Both the position numbers and the translations under genes were made by a program. 64,000 nt of DNA, taken from NCBI GenBank assembly GCA_964106915.2, contig OZ066926.1; one strand, written 5' to 3'. Position 1 is the stretch's first letter. Every line of letters begins with the position of its first letter. Under the pieces are notes generated by a model. The model did no database searches and was not told the DNA's origin. It saw nothing but the letters and a program-made list of their open reading frames with translations. This document shows positions 34,117-45,741 of this stretch, piece by piece. This DNA is from Podarcis gaigeae (taxonomy: Eukaryota).

Positions 34117-34252
34117 CAGGCATAGGCAAACTCCGGTCCTCCAGATGTTTGGGACTACAATTCCCATCATCCCTGACCACTGGTCCTGTTGGCTAGGGAT
34201 GATGGGAATTGTAGTCCGAAAAATCTGGAGGGCCAGAGTTTGCCTATGCCTG
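34117..34252. mobile_element. Young palindromic hAT MITE
   Basis: Perfect 17-bp TIR CAGGCATAGGCAAACTC, perfect 8-bp TSD CATTGGAT, internal GGGACTACAATTCCCATCATCCC palindrome. Confidence 0.92.
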
Positions 34253-35635
34253 CATTGGATGCACAAAGGAAAAGCACTCTATACATGATCAGAAGCTCTT
34301 CCGTCTTAGTTATGTTTTGGAAAGTATGTTTTCCTTGTGAGAGGGTGCAGGAGAAGAGTGCATACTTGGAGCTACTCAGTCCTACATACCAGAATATTAT
34401 AAAGAAAAGGTCACAAGTATTCAGCAGTTACGACTTGTACAGTAGTTACATTTTCTGTGGGGGAGTGGGAGAGTTGGCATGGAATTCTGTAAAACTTCAA
34501 GGACCTAGAGGCAGTAATTTCTGCAAATAGCATAACTTCCTCTGACTTTAGTTACCATTCCAAAGTGTGTGTGGGTCTTTGGTCAGATGCCAGCCATAGG
34601 TGAGGTGCATCAATCTGCTGAGATGTGCAGCAGAAACATTGATTCTGAAGTTCTTTGCTTTGAACATGGTGCCTGGGGTGTTTTGTCCAGATTTAAAATC
34701 AAATGAGGCTGTGTTGAAATATTCCCCAGTAGGGTTGTTCCCACCATTGTGGTGGCCAGAGGACTGGCCCATGCTAGGGTTTGTTGACAGCAGCAGTTCA
34801 TTCTCTCTGATATCCATTGTGGAGCTGGGATGCGGACCTGGAGCCAGATGTGCAGTGGGTAGGTGCTTGCTATATTGTACAGTACTTATGCTGTCCTGTG
34901 CTACACTGACTGTGCACATAGCAGTTTACATAAGGGAACCCAGTCATAGCAGCTGACTAAGGATGTGAACTTTGGATTCCCCACATCCAAGCCCTATCCT
35001 ATGGCACTGCACTGCCACCAGCTCTCACATTTTGTTGTCTCCTAAGGAGAGGCTAAGGTGCAGAACACCAAGATATGTAGATAGGACAACCCCCCCCCCC
35101 CAGCTTTTTCAGACTCACTTGCAAAACAGCTAATATTGTTATTTTGCTTCACACTGGGAGACTATTAGTGTATATGCTAGAAGATAGGTCTTTCCCCATG
35201 AAAGGGCCTACCCCTTTCTTGATTATTTGGAACAGACATTGGTATTTTCTTCCCTTTGGTTATACCACAGAAAGGCAAAATTAGAAGCTGATGCCAGGAA
35301 GATGTCGCCCTTTCGTCAAGCCTATTGCATGTGTCTACTGATGTTCCTTAAAAAAAAAAAAAATACTTTGTTGATATATTTTTATTATTTTATTTTATGC
35401 CCCTTCGGAGGCTTTTGCCAAAAGGCAAACTGTCTCAAACTTTATGGAACAAAGGTGGTTTATGAATGTAATTAATACATAATAATCTACATTTAAAAAT
35501 AAAAACAGGGCCTGTCGCCTTCATTGACTGCACCAGAAAACAGCCAGAATCATCCTCAGATAGGCCCTTTGCATCAGATTCACAATCAGGATTTGATTTT
35601 TCACACTACATAATATCGCAACTGTTGCTTATGGG

Positions 35636-35888
35636 CATGGGTAGGCAAACTAAGGCCCGGGGGCCAGAACCGGCCCAATCGCCTTCTAAATCCGGCCCAC
35701 GGGCGGTCTGGGAATCGGCTGTTTTTACATGAGTAGAATGTGTGCTTTTATTTAAAATGCATCTCTGGGTTATTTGTGGGGCATAGGAATTTGTTCATTC
35801 CCACCCCCCAAAAAAATATAGTCCAGCCCCCCACGAGGTCTGAAGGACAGTGGACCGGCTCGCTGCTGAAAAAGTTTGCTGACCCCTG
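35636..35888. mobile_element. Non-autonomous hAT (Charlie-like) element
   Basis: TIRs CATGGGTAGGCAAACT / AGTTTGCTGACCCCTG, GGCCC subterminal motifs, perfect 8-bp TSD CTTATGGG. Confidence 0.88.
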
Positions 35889-36269
35889 CTTATGGGCATG
35901 GTTGCCACCTGCAGCAGATAGTGTTCTCATGATCTTCCCTTGCCTACTCCCTCCGCATTATATACCAAATAACTCTCCTTTTAATTCAGATCGGGTTTCT
36001 GAAGTGCATCTGAGCTGAATGTGCCTGCTCTTGCAATCACATCTCTGCAGTATAAATGTGCTCACTAACACAGCCAGTTGCGCTTGGTGAGTGATCCAAG
36101 CCACACGTGCCCTAAACTGTCACTCTGTGACTTTAAAAGGAAACGCTCCACTTTGTGCAGGCCTGGGTGAAGGCAAGGATCCCTTTGGGTTTGTCCCAGC
36201 CACACTTAAACATTTGCAGTTCTGTTCAGGGCTGTCAGTTTCTCATTAGCAGCTTTGCACAGAGCTTGT

Positions 36270-36757
36270 TTTGTTTTGTCCCCTGCCGCCACCGCCCTGG
36301 ATTCCCCAGAAATCTTGCTAGGAATCCCTGCCTTCGTCCTGTCTATTAAAATCAGAGGCTGTTGAAGCGCTGCATTCCTCTGCGAGTGAGCGAGCGAGCG
36401 AACCCTGCCTGTGCTCGCATGCTAAAGCCGTTGCCTCCTCTCCAACTATTTTAATCATTTCAGAAAAAAAGGGGTGGGTCTGCCAGGCATTTGGCAAGAG
36501 GCTCCTTTCCTCCAGTTGAGGTGGAGTCAGCCAATGGCCTGGAAGCTTGGAAAATTTTGCAGGACAGTTTCTCCGGACAGCTTTGCAAGGGTTGTGCCAT
36601 TTCAATTGAAGCACACATCCACACACTGCGCTCTTGGCTTCTGGCTCGCCTCCCAGATCTGAGAGATCTCAGATTCAGCCTCGCCTTCTCTCTCTCTCTC
36701 TTGTCCCTGCAGTGTCAAACTTCTCCAGGCTCTGCTAGTCAGGACTCCTGAGCAACC
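36270..36757 (+). promoter_or_regulatory. CAVIN1 proximal promoter and 5'UTR region
   Basis: Directly upstream of the ATG: GC-box-like CCGCCC (~36292), MCAT/TEAD CATTCC (36373-36378), GGGGTGGG (36471-36478), CCAAT (36531-36535). TSS not determinable from sequence. Confidence 0.55.
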
Positions 36758-37183
36758 ATGGCAGACACCACCCTCCAGATCGTTGAGCAGCCAACAGTCT
36801 CTGAGGCCTCAGAGGAGCCAGCAGGTGAGACCGAAGAACCCATCAAATCTGACCAGATCAATGGTGTTATGGTTCTTACCCTTCTGGACAAGATCATCGG
36901 AGCTGTTGATCAGATTCAGCTGACCCAGAGTCAGCTGGAGGAAAGGCAGCAGGAGATGGATGGGGTGGTTTCCAGCATCCAAGGGGAGCTCGCCAAGCTC
37001 ACGAAGGCCCACTCCACCACCAGTAATACGGTCAACAAGATGTTGGAGAAGGTCCGGAAGGTCAGTGTCAACGTCAAAACTGTCCGGCAGAACCTGGAGA
37101 AGCAAGCTGGCCAAATCAAGAAGCTGGAATCTAATGAGGCAGAGCTGCTGAAGCGCAGGAACTTTAAAGTAATGATCTACCAG
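36758..37183 (+). CDS. CAVIN1: Caveolae-associated protein 1 (cavin-1/PTRF), exon 1 CDS (142 aa, DR1 + HR1)
   Basis: Kozak gcaaccATGG; IKSDQINGVMVLTLLDKIIGAVDQIQLTQ...KVRKVSVNVKTVR...RRNFKVMIYQ then CAG/gtaagg donor. Confidence 0.97.
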
Positions 37184-37997
37184 GTAAGGGACCTTTTGAT
37201 CTCTCCCGCTTGTGTCTTTTTCGGTTGGTGCATAAGACCGTCCAGCATGATGGCGCCTCTTGCCTTCTATATGGGGCTTCCCAAAATTCCCATGCTACAG
37301 CACGCCATATATAGGAAATTCAGGACTTGTGTCATCACTGGAATCCTAAAGAGAACAAATGTATTGCCCAATTTTTTTGCGAAGATTCCAGAGTTCGCCT
37401 TAAATGCTACACCAGTGCAAACTTTGCAGGAATTTGCCAAAGAAGCGTAGAGGGAGCTGGGGGGGGGGGGGAGAAATAACCTGTTGTCTCGTGGCAGTAG
37501 AAAGCCATCCAGTGTCCTTAAAGCTACAAAGCCTGGAAATCCCTTTTTCGGTTTGTAAAATGTGCTTATTGGGGCAATCATTTGGGAAAGCAATCTGCAC
37601 ATTTTCACAGTTGTCTGTTAGAGAAGTAGCATTGCAGGGAGCACACTCCAACTCTGCAGGTTTGGTGCTAAGTCAGAGCTCTCTGTCCCTTGGGTCTGTG
37701 CTTTCTACTTTCCCTGCAAAACTAAATCTGATGCAGTGTGGGTTACAGATTCTTTTGGCCCTGACCTTTCAGGCCCTGGAGCTTTTTCACCACTTCAGTG
37801 AGAGGTTGCTTTGTTCTGCTGTTTGCAGTCCTCTTTCTAACACGTTTGCTGGCTAGCCTTACAGACCTCCTAATATCAAACAGTTCAGAATAGGCAGCTC
37901 TGAACCATGCTTCCTATTCTGTGGCGGTCTAGCCTTTAATACCTGTGTTGGAGGAGAAGTGGGACATTATGAGATAGGTTGCCCTGTCCTGTAAGGA

Positions 37998-38000
<3 letters not shown>

Positions 38001-38028
<28 letters not shown>
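38001..38028. repeat. (AC)n microsatellite
   Basis: Direct observation. Confidence 0.9.
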
Positions 38029-41000
38029 GGCTTAGGACAGAAAACCTACAAAAATGTAGCTGCGTCTCTTACTATCGCAACATGAAAGGGGATCTAGTTA
38101 TGTCTGGTTGAGGAATCTGGCAAGTAGCTGACGGATATAGCCCTCTGATTCACGGCTTGAGCATTCTCAATTATATCATGCCTCAAAGGCGGGAATACTC
38201 CAGTATATAAGGGTTATGAACACCACCAAACCAGATTTATAAATACACTTTATCATCGGAAGCCTTGTAGATTATGTTGAGGGAATTTCAGGCCCCACCA
38301 GTAGGAAAATTGTGCAGGAGTGAGGAGAGAGAAATGAAAATGCAGCAACCAACGGAGGAGTGAATAGAAAGGAAAATCTGTCTGTGCTGTTTTACTTTTC
38401 AGGGCATTTTGCAAATATGAACACAGATACTATTTTGGTTGAGATATTTCCTCTCCCTTTTCACTGGAGTTTAGTTATGAGGTGGTGGCAAAATGCTTTT
38501 GGGGTTTTGTGGAAACCAGATCAGCAACCTGATCTTGAATAGGTTCTTGAACAGTGGAGCCTGGGGTTCCAAGATGTGAAGGTGCAGGGATAGTAAACTT
38601 TGGACTCCGTAAAGCACCTTCAGGGTCTGGTTCCCCTAGAATGAACTCAATAGGCAACATGGGTGTGGTTCTGTTAGATGTTGGGTTACTGTGGTGCAGT
38701 ATAGTGGTTAAAGGAATGAGCCAGGAGCTAGTTCAAATTGCAGCTCATCCCTGGGGGAACTGGGTGACAATGCACAGGTAACAAACCTTCAGACCTGCCT
38801 CTGTCATATGGGAATAATAATATTAACTTGTAGTAGAGGATGGTTCTTAATAATTTCTCAGAGAGCCCTGTGTGCAATAGAGAACTCCCATCAAAAGTGC
38901 TATATATACTATATATATATATATATATATATACACTAAGGCTGCAGCCCTATGTGTCCTTACCTGGAACTTGAAGTGAATTACCTTAAACTCAGTGGCA
39001 GTTGTTTCTGTCTAAGCCTGCATAGAATTGGTTTAGCATTGGCATTATAATGTTATTTTCTCAGTGAATACCAGATATTGATCAGATATACAGGAGGTAA
39101 ATTTCTCAGACCATGCAGATAATGGGTTTTCCACCCAACTTGCCATTTTTCCTTTGGCCATTCAAGATATTCAAGGACATCCCAGTAAACTGACATGTCT
39201 TGAATCACAGAAAAAGATAAATAAAATGTAAGGGGTCCTACAAATGTTGGTCCATAAGAAAAATCCCAAAATCCACACTTACTGAAGTGATTATTCAGTG
39301 ATCCTAGTATCACACTACTAGACCAAATGGTATATTCCTTTTTTTATGATGATCGTGTTATTTTCTCATTTCTACCTCATGGTTGGAGACAACAGGGATT
39401 TTCTTGTTTTGGGGGACAATGGGAGGCATGATAAGGATAGAACCACTGGAAAGCCATAAGCCATGCAAATGGAAGCCATTAGTGCCTTTCCTTGTACCTC
39501 CACAAAGCAGCATTCCTTATATGCAGCTGCAATGCTGCCTACTATTTCTATTTGATATGTATTAGATTTTATATCTCACTTTTCCTACAATGGGTTCAGA
39601 GCAGCATGTTAACCTCACAACAATCTTGTGATGTAAGAGAGGCTCGCAGGGGAAACCTGCTGGCATATTCTGATGTCTCATTGAGTTCCACAGGGCTTAC
39701 TCCAAGGACAGCTTGTATAGGATTGCAGCCTGAGGGATGGTGACTTGCTGCAGCCACTCAGATAGCTTCATGACTGAGCTAAGGACCTGAATCCAGGATT
39801 TCCATTTCCAGATATCACACTCTAGCCAGTGCCCCACCATGTTGGCTATCAGTAGGAGTAGCCACCTCATAGTTGCCCATTGTGGAGTGTTGGCATTTTC
39901 CAGTGGCTGAACCATTGGCTGAAATATTGTGAGTCTGGAGTTCATATACCAGCATTGCCCTTAAGAGTCACATGCATATAGTCTCACGTAAACATCATTT
40001 GTTGATTTATCTTTGAAATGGGAATAATGATGGCCAACCCTGCAGGCCTATAGTAAATGAAGGAAATGTAGTGATGGCACAGGGTTGTGGTGGTGTGAAA
40101 ATGAAATTAGACTCACGAAGGGCTTCTGTACACCATAGAGGGCTGCAGGAACAATGATTAAATGCTGCCCTTTGAAGCAAATAGAGAGCAAGCGCTTCCC
40201 TCACACGTAGCCCCATAACACAGTGATTAATCACAATGGACTGTAGGGGGCCTAGGAAAAGCTGGTGGTGTATATACCAGAACCTTGCCCTGTTGCAACA
40301 ACTTTTCAAACAATGGGAGAAAATAAATTTGCTTTCAAAGGGGGATTTTTTCTCACTGAGGTCAGCCTGTACTGTTGCTGTGGATGCTTCTGGCACTGTT
40401 TTGTTTCAGAATTACTCTTGTCTTGCATGCTGAACAGAGCTTGCCATCTGGGCCATCTGGGAGAATTGGGTTGCGCTGCTAAAATACTAACATTCCCTGT
40501 CCTGCAGCTATAGGACTAACACTCTGAAAACTCTCTAGGCAGCAGAGTTTGCAGCCTTCAATCTATGCTTTTGATTCAAGCTTTCAGAGAATCCCATCTA
40601 GGATGACTGAGTGGGGTGGAGGTGGGGCACTATATGAATACTGGGGAGTGGGGTGGCAGAGCAAGTTTGGCGCCATGATCTGGGTGAATTATTACTATCA
40701 ACCACATCAGAGGCGGATGATTTCCTCAGAACTTATTAAAGCAGCTGCTTGCACGGGTGTGACTGTGAACACTGCAGGACGCACTTTCGTTGTTGCTTCA
40801 TGCCCTCATCAGAATTAGCAGATCAACATGCTCCAAGTTTATGCGGCCTGAGTATGGCCTGGTGTTTGCTGAGGCTACTTGAGTACAGGGAGTGAGGACT
40901 GGCAGGCAGGAGTGCCAAGGTCTGCCCTCTACTTCTACTGTGTCCTGTCACCATCACTTTGGTTGTCTCCAAGGCCCAAGCCACCTGACCTTGCCTACAC

Positions 41001-44000
41001 AACTCACACTGCAGCTGACAATGATTCTGTTAAAAAAATAAAAGAGTCTGAAGCGTGTTAGGCAATACCTAGAGCACAGTAGACAGTCCTGAGGAGCCCT
41101 TCTTTAAAAATTTCGAAATAACTGCAGTCTGTATTTGGGCATTTTAATGCATTACACACTCAGGCCTGAGAGTCAAATGTTGGCTGTTTCTTTGAATTCT
41201 CCTTAGGCCACAGCCCTCACTGGCTGTGTTTTGCACCCCAAATATTTTTGCCTGGCTGTAACATGCCCTTCAACTCTGATAATGTCTCTTGCTGGCCTGG
41301 ATGGAGGATAGAGAAGATTTGTGTGATGGGTGTGTAGAAACCAGCCTAGCATACGAAGGTGAAATGTAAATTTGTTCTTCTGCCACTTTTGCCTCTGATC
41401 CCACCCACCATTGCCATCAGGCCCTTGTTCAGAAGGGAATGTGGCCCTCATGCTGAAAGCGTTTCCTCCACCTCTGCAATTACACAATAGCAAACCCTGG
41501 TTTATCACTGAACACAGGTTTGGCATTCATGATTTTGGTACAATACGTCTGCAGAATCTTTACAATTTGAAGGGTGCACACTTAAAACATTGTAGATAAT
41601 ACTCCAAAATGCAATGTGTGAATTGCTCCTTTGTGAAAATAGAATCAGGGTGTGGCAATTGTTCTGGATTTATTCAATCTGGAATGAGTAGGTGGTGTTA
41701 TGAGTACCTCTTGTGCTGACTCCTTGGAAATGCTGCTTGTTTTCCTGCCTGGGTCATTTGGAATTCCAGATCATTCACAGTCATTGACTCCTGTCTTTGG
41801 TAGTGCTGTTTAGATGCCAATGAGATGGAATTATTTTTCCACATCTTTCCGTTATTCCTTGCTTCTCCTCCCTTTGTGTGTGATGGTGGTGGTAGCATCC
41901 TTGGCTTACAGTAAAACAGAGGGGCAGACCCCTTCTCACTTTTAAAGGCAGTGGTGGGAACTTAAGGCAAATAGGAGAAAGAGTTTGTTTTTCTAGATCT
42001 CTGTCTACATTTCCTATTTGTTCCGGCCACATGTAATCTGACAGTTGTACTTACAAACACTCCTATGATTTTGGAAAGAATGCTGAAGAAGCTTTTTTTT
42101 TTTTCGGTGTAAACACAAAAGTGTAGGTGGGTGAGGGAATGACTTTTTCTGCAAGGTGATTGCCATGAATCAAGAGGAAGAGAGAACGATATGGGCTGCC
42201 AAAAACCCATCCTTGATCACCAGAAGCTGCATCCCAAGTCTCCCTTTGGCTGTGAACTACTGTCGGGCTGCCGACACCTCTTCAAACTTTCCAACAGAAC
42301 CACAAGGCAGACAAAATTCTTGGAGATTTTCAGGGTTCTCTTATCTACGCCGTGTATTGAATTCATACACAAAACCTTGAGGACAGTCATTCTTTACTCC
42401 TGTATGCAAGCCCTTCATCTGTTCTGATATATTTACTTCCACACCAATTCCACAAGAGAAGAAGATGGTTCTTCATTTGTCCTATATGTAACAGGAGCAA
42501 AACTGCAGAGAGAACCATGATTTGGCCCAACCTGCAAATGGACTCTGTGATATACATGTGCACCCATGCTCACACACTCGGGCATGTGGTTTGCAGTGTC
42601 AAAGGCTACCTCACCCCACCTATTCTCCCCTCCTCACTTTGGAGTCTACTGTAACACAGCAGCCTCTCTTTGTCAGAAGAACAACTGCAACTCCTAGCTG
42701 CTGCAATGTGCTTTTGATAAATGAGTTTTTGTCCTTCGGTCGTAAAAATCCATCCCAGTTAGAGCCGCAGAAGGCCCTATAAGGCCATGCCTGCGCCCTC
42801 TCCTGGGAGCCAGCTGTGGGATTGTTCTATCTATTTTCGGACTCACTCATGGCCTCAAAGCTGCAGTTCCCCAGTGACACCCAGAGAATTCAGCTTCATG
42901 GTTCCCATCGGCACCATTTAAACAGCAGTATCTCATGATAATCTTTGGCTGCTAGCAAAAAAGGTTACTTTTTCAAATTTCTAAATGAAGAAAAAGCTCT
43001 GTATCTAGATGCATAGCGTTGTTTCTCTGCCCACGTAGAATGCAGAATCTGAAGGATTTATTATTAACATGTTGCTGCTCTTGCTGTTTATTTTAAAGCA
43101 ACTGAGGCTGGAAACATGGCCTTGTTGGAATGCTGTTTGCATTGTCGAAACAGATTGTGCGGTGCAGCAATAAACTGGCTCAGAACAAGGCAGCTTGATG
43201 GAAGGAAGCAACATTTCCCATTGGTATTCAAGATAAGATAAAGTTGGGAAGAGGATAAAAGTGGGGCATGGTGCCATAGTGGTACCTAAGTTGTAACGAC
43301 AGCTACAACAATAATAGTACTTGCGGGCCTACAGAAATAAATGCAGCACACTTTTCAACTGGAAGTAATTACATCTCATTCCAGCCATGAACAAAGTTGT
43401 ATCGTTTGCCAAACTTTAGATATCAAAAGAGCTTGCTATCAATCTCAATGAAATATTTATGGAGCCATTTTATTTCTATCCTCTCAATCAGCATTGTTTA
43501 TCGACTTGCAAATTCAGCAGCCCTTCCTTGAGAACAGGGCAAGTCAAGAAAGCCTTTACATGAAGGATGGGGGCACTGTGGCCCTCCACATGTTGTTTGA
43601 CAACATCTCCCATAATCACTGACAACTGTCCATGGCGCCTGAGGCTGATGGGGCTTGGAGTCTAGCAACATCTTGAGGGTCACAGGTTCCATAGCTGTGT
43701 TTTACTGAACCAGTTTCCTTTGGAGTCCAGAGCACTGGGACCATACGGTAGCTTTGTACACTTTTTCTCTTTCAACAAATGTACAAGCTGAGTAGGCTTT
43801 GCATAGGCACAGGCAATCGGTGCTAATTCCAAAGCAATAGAAGTCTAGCACCCCTAAACCCTGGAGGAAAGAGCACAGCACAGTAATAGTGTATTTTGCA
43901 TGTTCAGTGCCCAGCATATGCAAGCAGAGCTGGGAAAGATTCCTGTCTCCATCCCTGGAGGGTTGCTAAGGCAGTTCCCTGTGTCCCTGAAAACAGCTCT

Positions 44001-45510
44001 TTCACCAAATCAAAAAGTTATTTTACTTTGCCATGCCTTTTGCAACCACTGACATGCAAAACTGATTTTCAGCCCCACCACAATTTTAGAATTGGGTGTG
44101 ACATGACTTTAGACAAAGAGCAGCTGCACTATCCATTAAGCAGGCACCTATTGTTTGACATCAACTGACAGGTTATAACAAGAGAAAGAGGAGCAAGAGA
44201 GAGCACACACATGCACACGCTCTTCACTGTGCTCTCCGGCTATAATACAGTTTGGGACAGTGAGAATTCATCACACTGAGGCTTTACTCACGGGTTTAGC
44301 GCCATGATTTATGTGAGATGGAGAAATGGGAAAGCAAAATTCACCAAAAGTAGAGAAAAGAACAAGTGAAGAAAAGCCATTTGGGGAAGAGATTTGTTAC
44401 CGGAGGAAATATGCAGTCCAAAAAGTACTTTTGCATAAAAGCAGACTGCCCTGAAAAGTTTTATTCTAGGTGCATTTGTCACAAAAGGGAACCAAGCCTA
44501 CCTGTGGTCCTTTGTCAGGCTTCTGGAATAAATTCCAAACCTGACAATGCCTGCAAAACAGAACAAAGACCAGAGCAGGAGGCTTTTGTTGATTTTGTAT
44601 CATGTCGGGGGAAGGAAAAGCAGATTAAACATTTAGAACAGAATGCCACAGGATGTTTAGTCTGCACCTTGAGGCAGATATGGCTTAGGTTGGGGCGTGT
44701 GTGTCTCACTCCACCTTCTGCAGGCTGTCTAGTTGTGAGTTATGAATAGCTTCAGGGAGAAGGAGAAAGAAACTCCGGAATCAGTCAATTGACCTGTTTG
44801 CATTGAAATATGGGATACACATTTGAAGCAGAAAGTGCATTAATTTTCAGAAGGAAATAAAAGTTATTTTTCGGTTGCAAGCTTTTAGGGTTGCAGCACA
44901 ACCTCTTTCCTTTTTATCCCCAAGACCCTCCCTGCCCCTCCAAACAACCTTCAGTATCTGACAGATAAAAGCAGGCACAAATGTGGTCAGGTGAAATGAG
45001 AAAAAGACTAGCATTTACTTCAGTAATGAGGAAGGAAGGCACTTAATAGCGGAACATAGGAAATTCTGAAAAATATCAAATCACAGGAAGGGAAGCCTCT
45101 TGTTTTTGCAGCCTGCAAAAATCAGGGTGGGGTTCTTAAGCACCCGACAGGTCATAACTCATTGGTGGTGGGTTTGTGGTTACCTTGGGTGAATCACAAG
45201 TTCTTCAGACCTGGAATAGCAAGTCACCTGTGGCGAGTAAGAACGGTCCACAGCAAGACAAGAAAGGAAGCTTTCATTTCTTTGTGGGCTGAAAATGCCT
45301 ATTAACATAGGTGTGTGAGAGCAGGGGCCTGTTACTTTTTGGGGGGATGAGGGAATTCTTTGCCCGGCTGCTATGGGCACCTTTGCTTGCGCAACATCCC
45401 TGCTGCCGTGATATTGACTTGGCCTGCGCCTGGCGGCTGTGGCTGTGCTTACCAAGAAGCCTTTGGCTCCCTCGATGGTGCCCACTGATCATTCCTTTTC
45501 CTCATCTTAG

Positions 45511-45741
45511 CCCAAGAGCATCCATGGACCGTCGCCGGAGAGCATGCCCTTTGGCCTTTCACCGGAGAGCATGCCCTTTTTGGAAGACAGTGAGCCTTCT
45601 GAGCCTTCGGAAGAGACTTTGCCTTCTGAGAATGGGCCCTGGCCCCAACCAGCACAGGATGAGAAGGGAGGCAGCCACTCTGGCCCAATGGAGGCAAAGC
45701 CATCCACGGATCATACTGAGCCCCTTCTCCTGAGACTCTGA
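45511..45741 (+). other. Candidate alternative terminal exon of CAVIN1 (76 aa + TGA)
   Basis: Branch-like CTGAT, pyrimidine tract and TAG acceptor; open in phase 0 with exon 1; internal duplications of 27 and 9 nt preserve the frame. Confidence 0.4.

Noticed and set aside
35626-35901. 15-bp direct repeat TGCTTATGGGCATGG around the hAT element
   Set aside because: Explained by the 8-bp TSD plus matching terminal bases of the element; no separate mechanism needed.
37184-37450. ORF track extends CAVIN1 exon 1 to 230 aa
   Set aside because: Read-through past a strong CAG/GTAAGG donor; cavin homology stops at KVMIYQ and the extension has no coding features.
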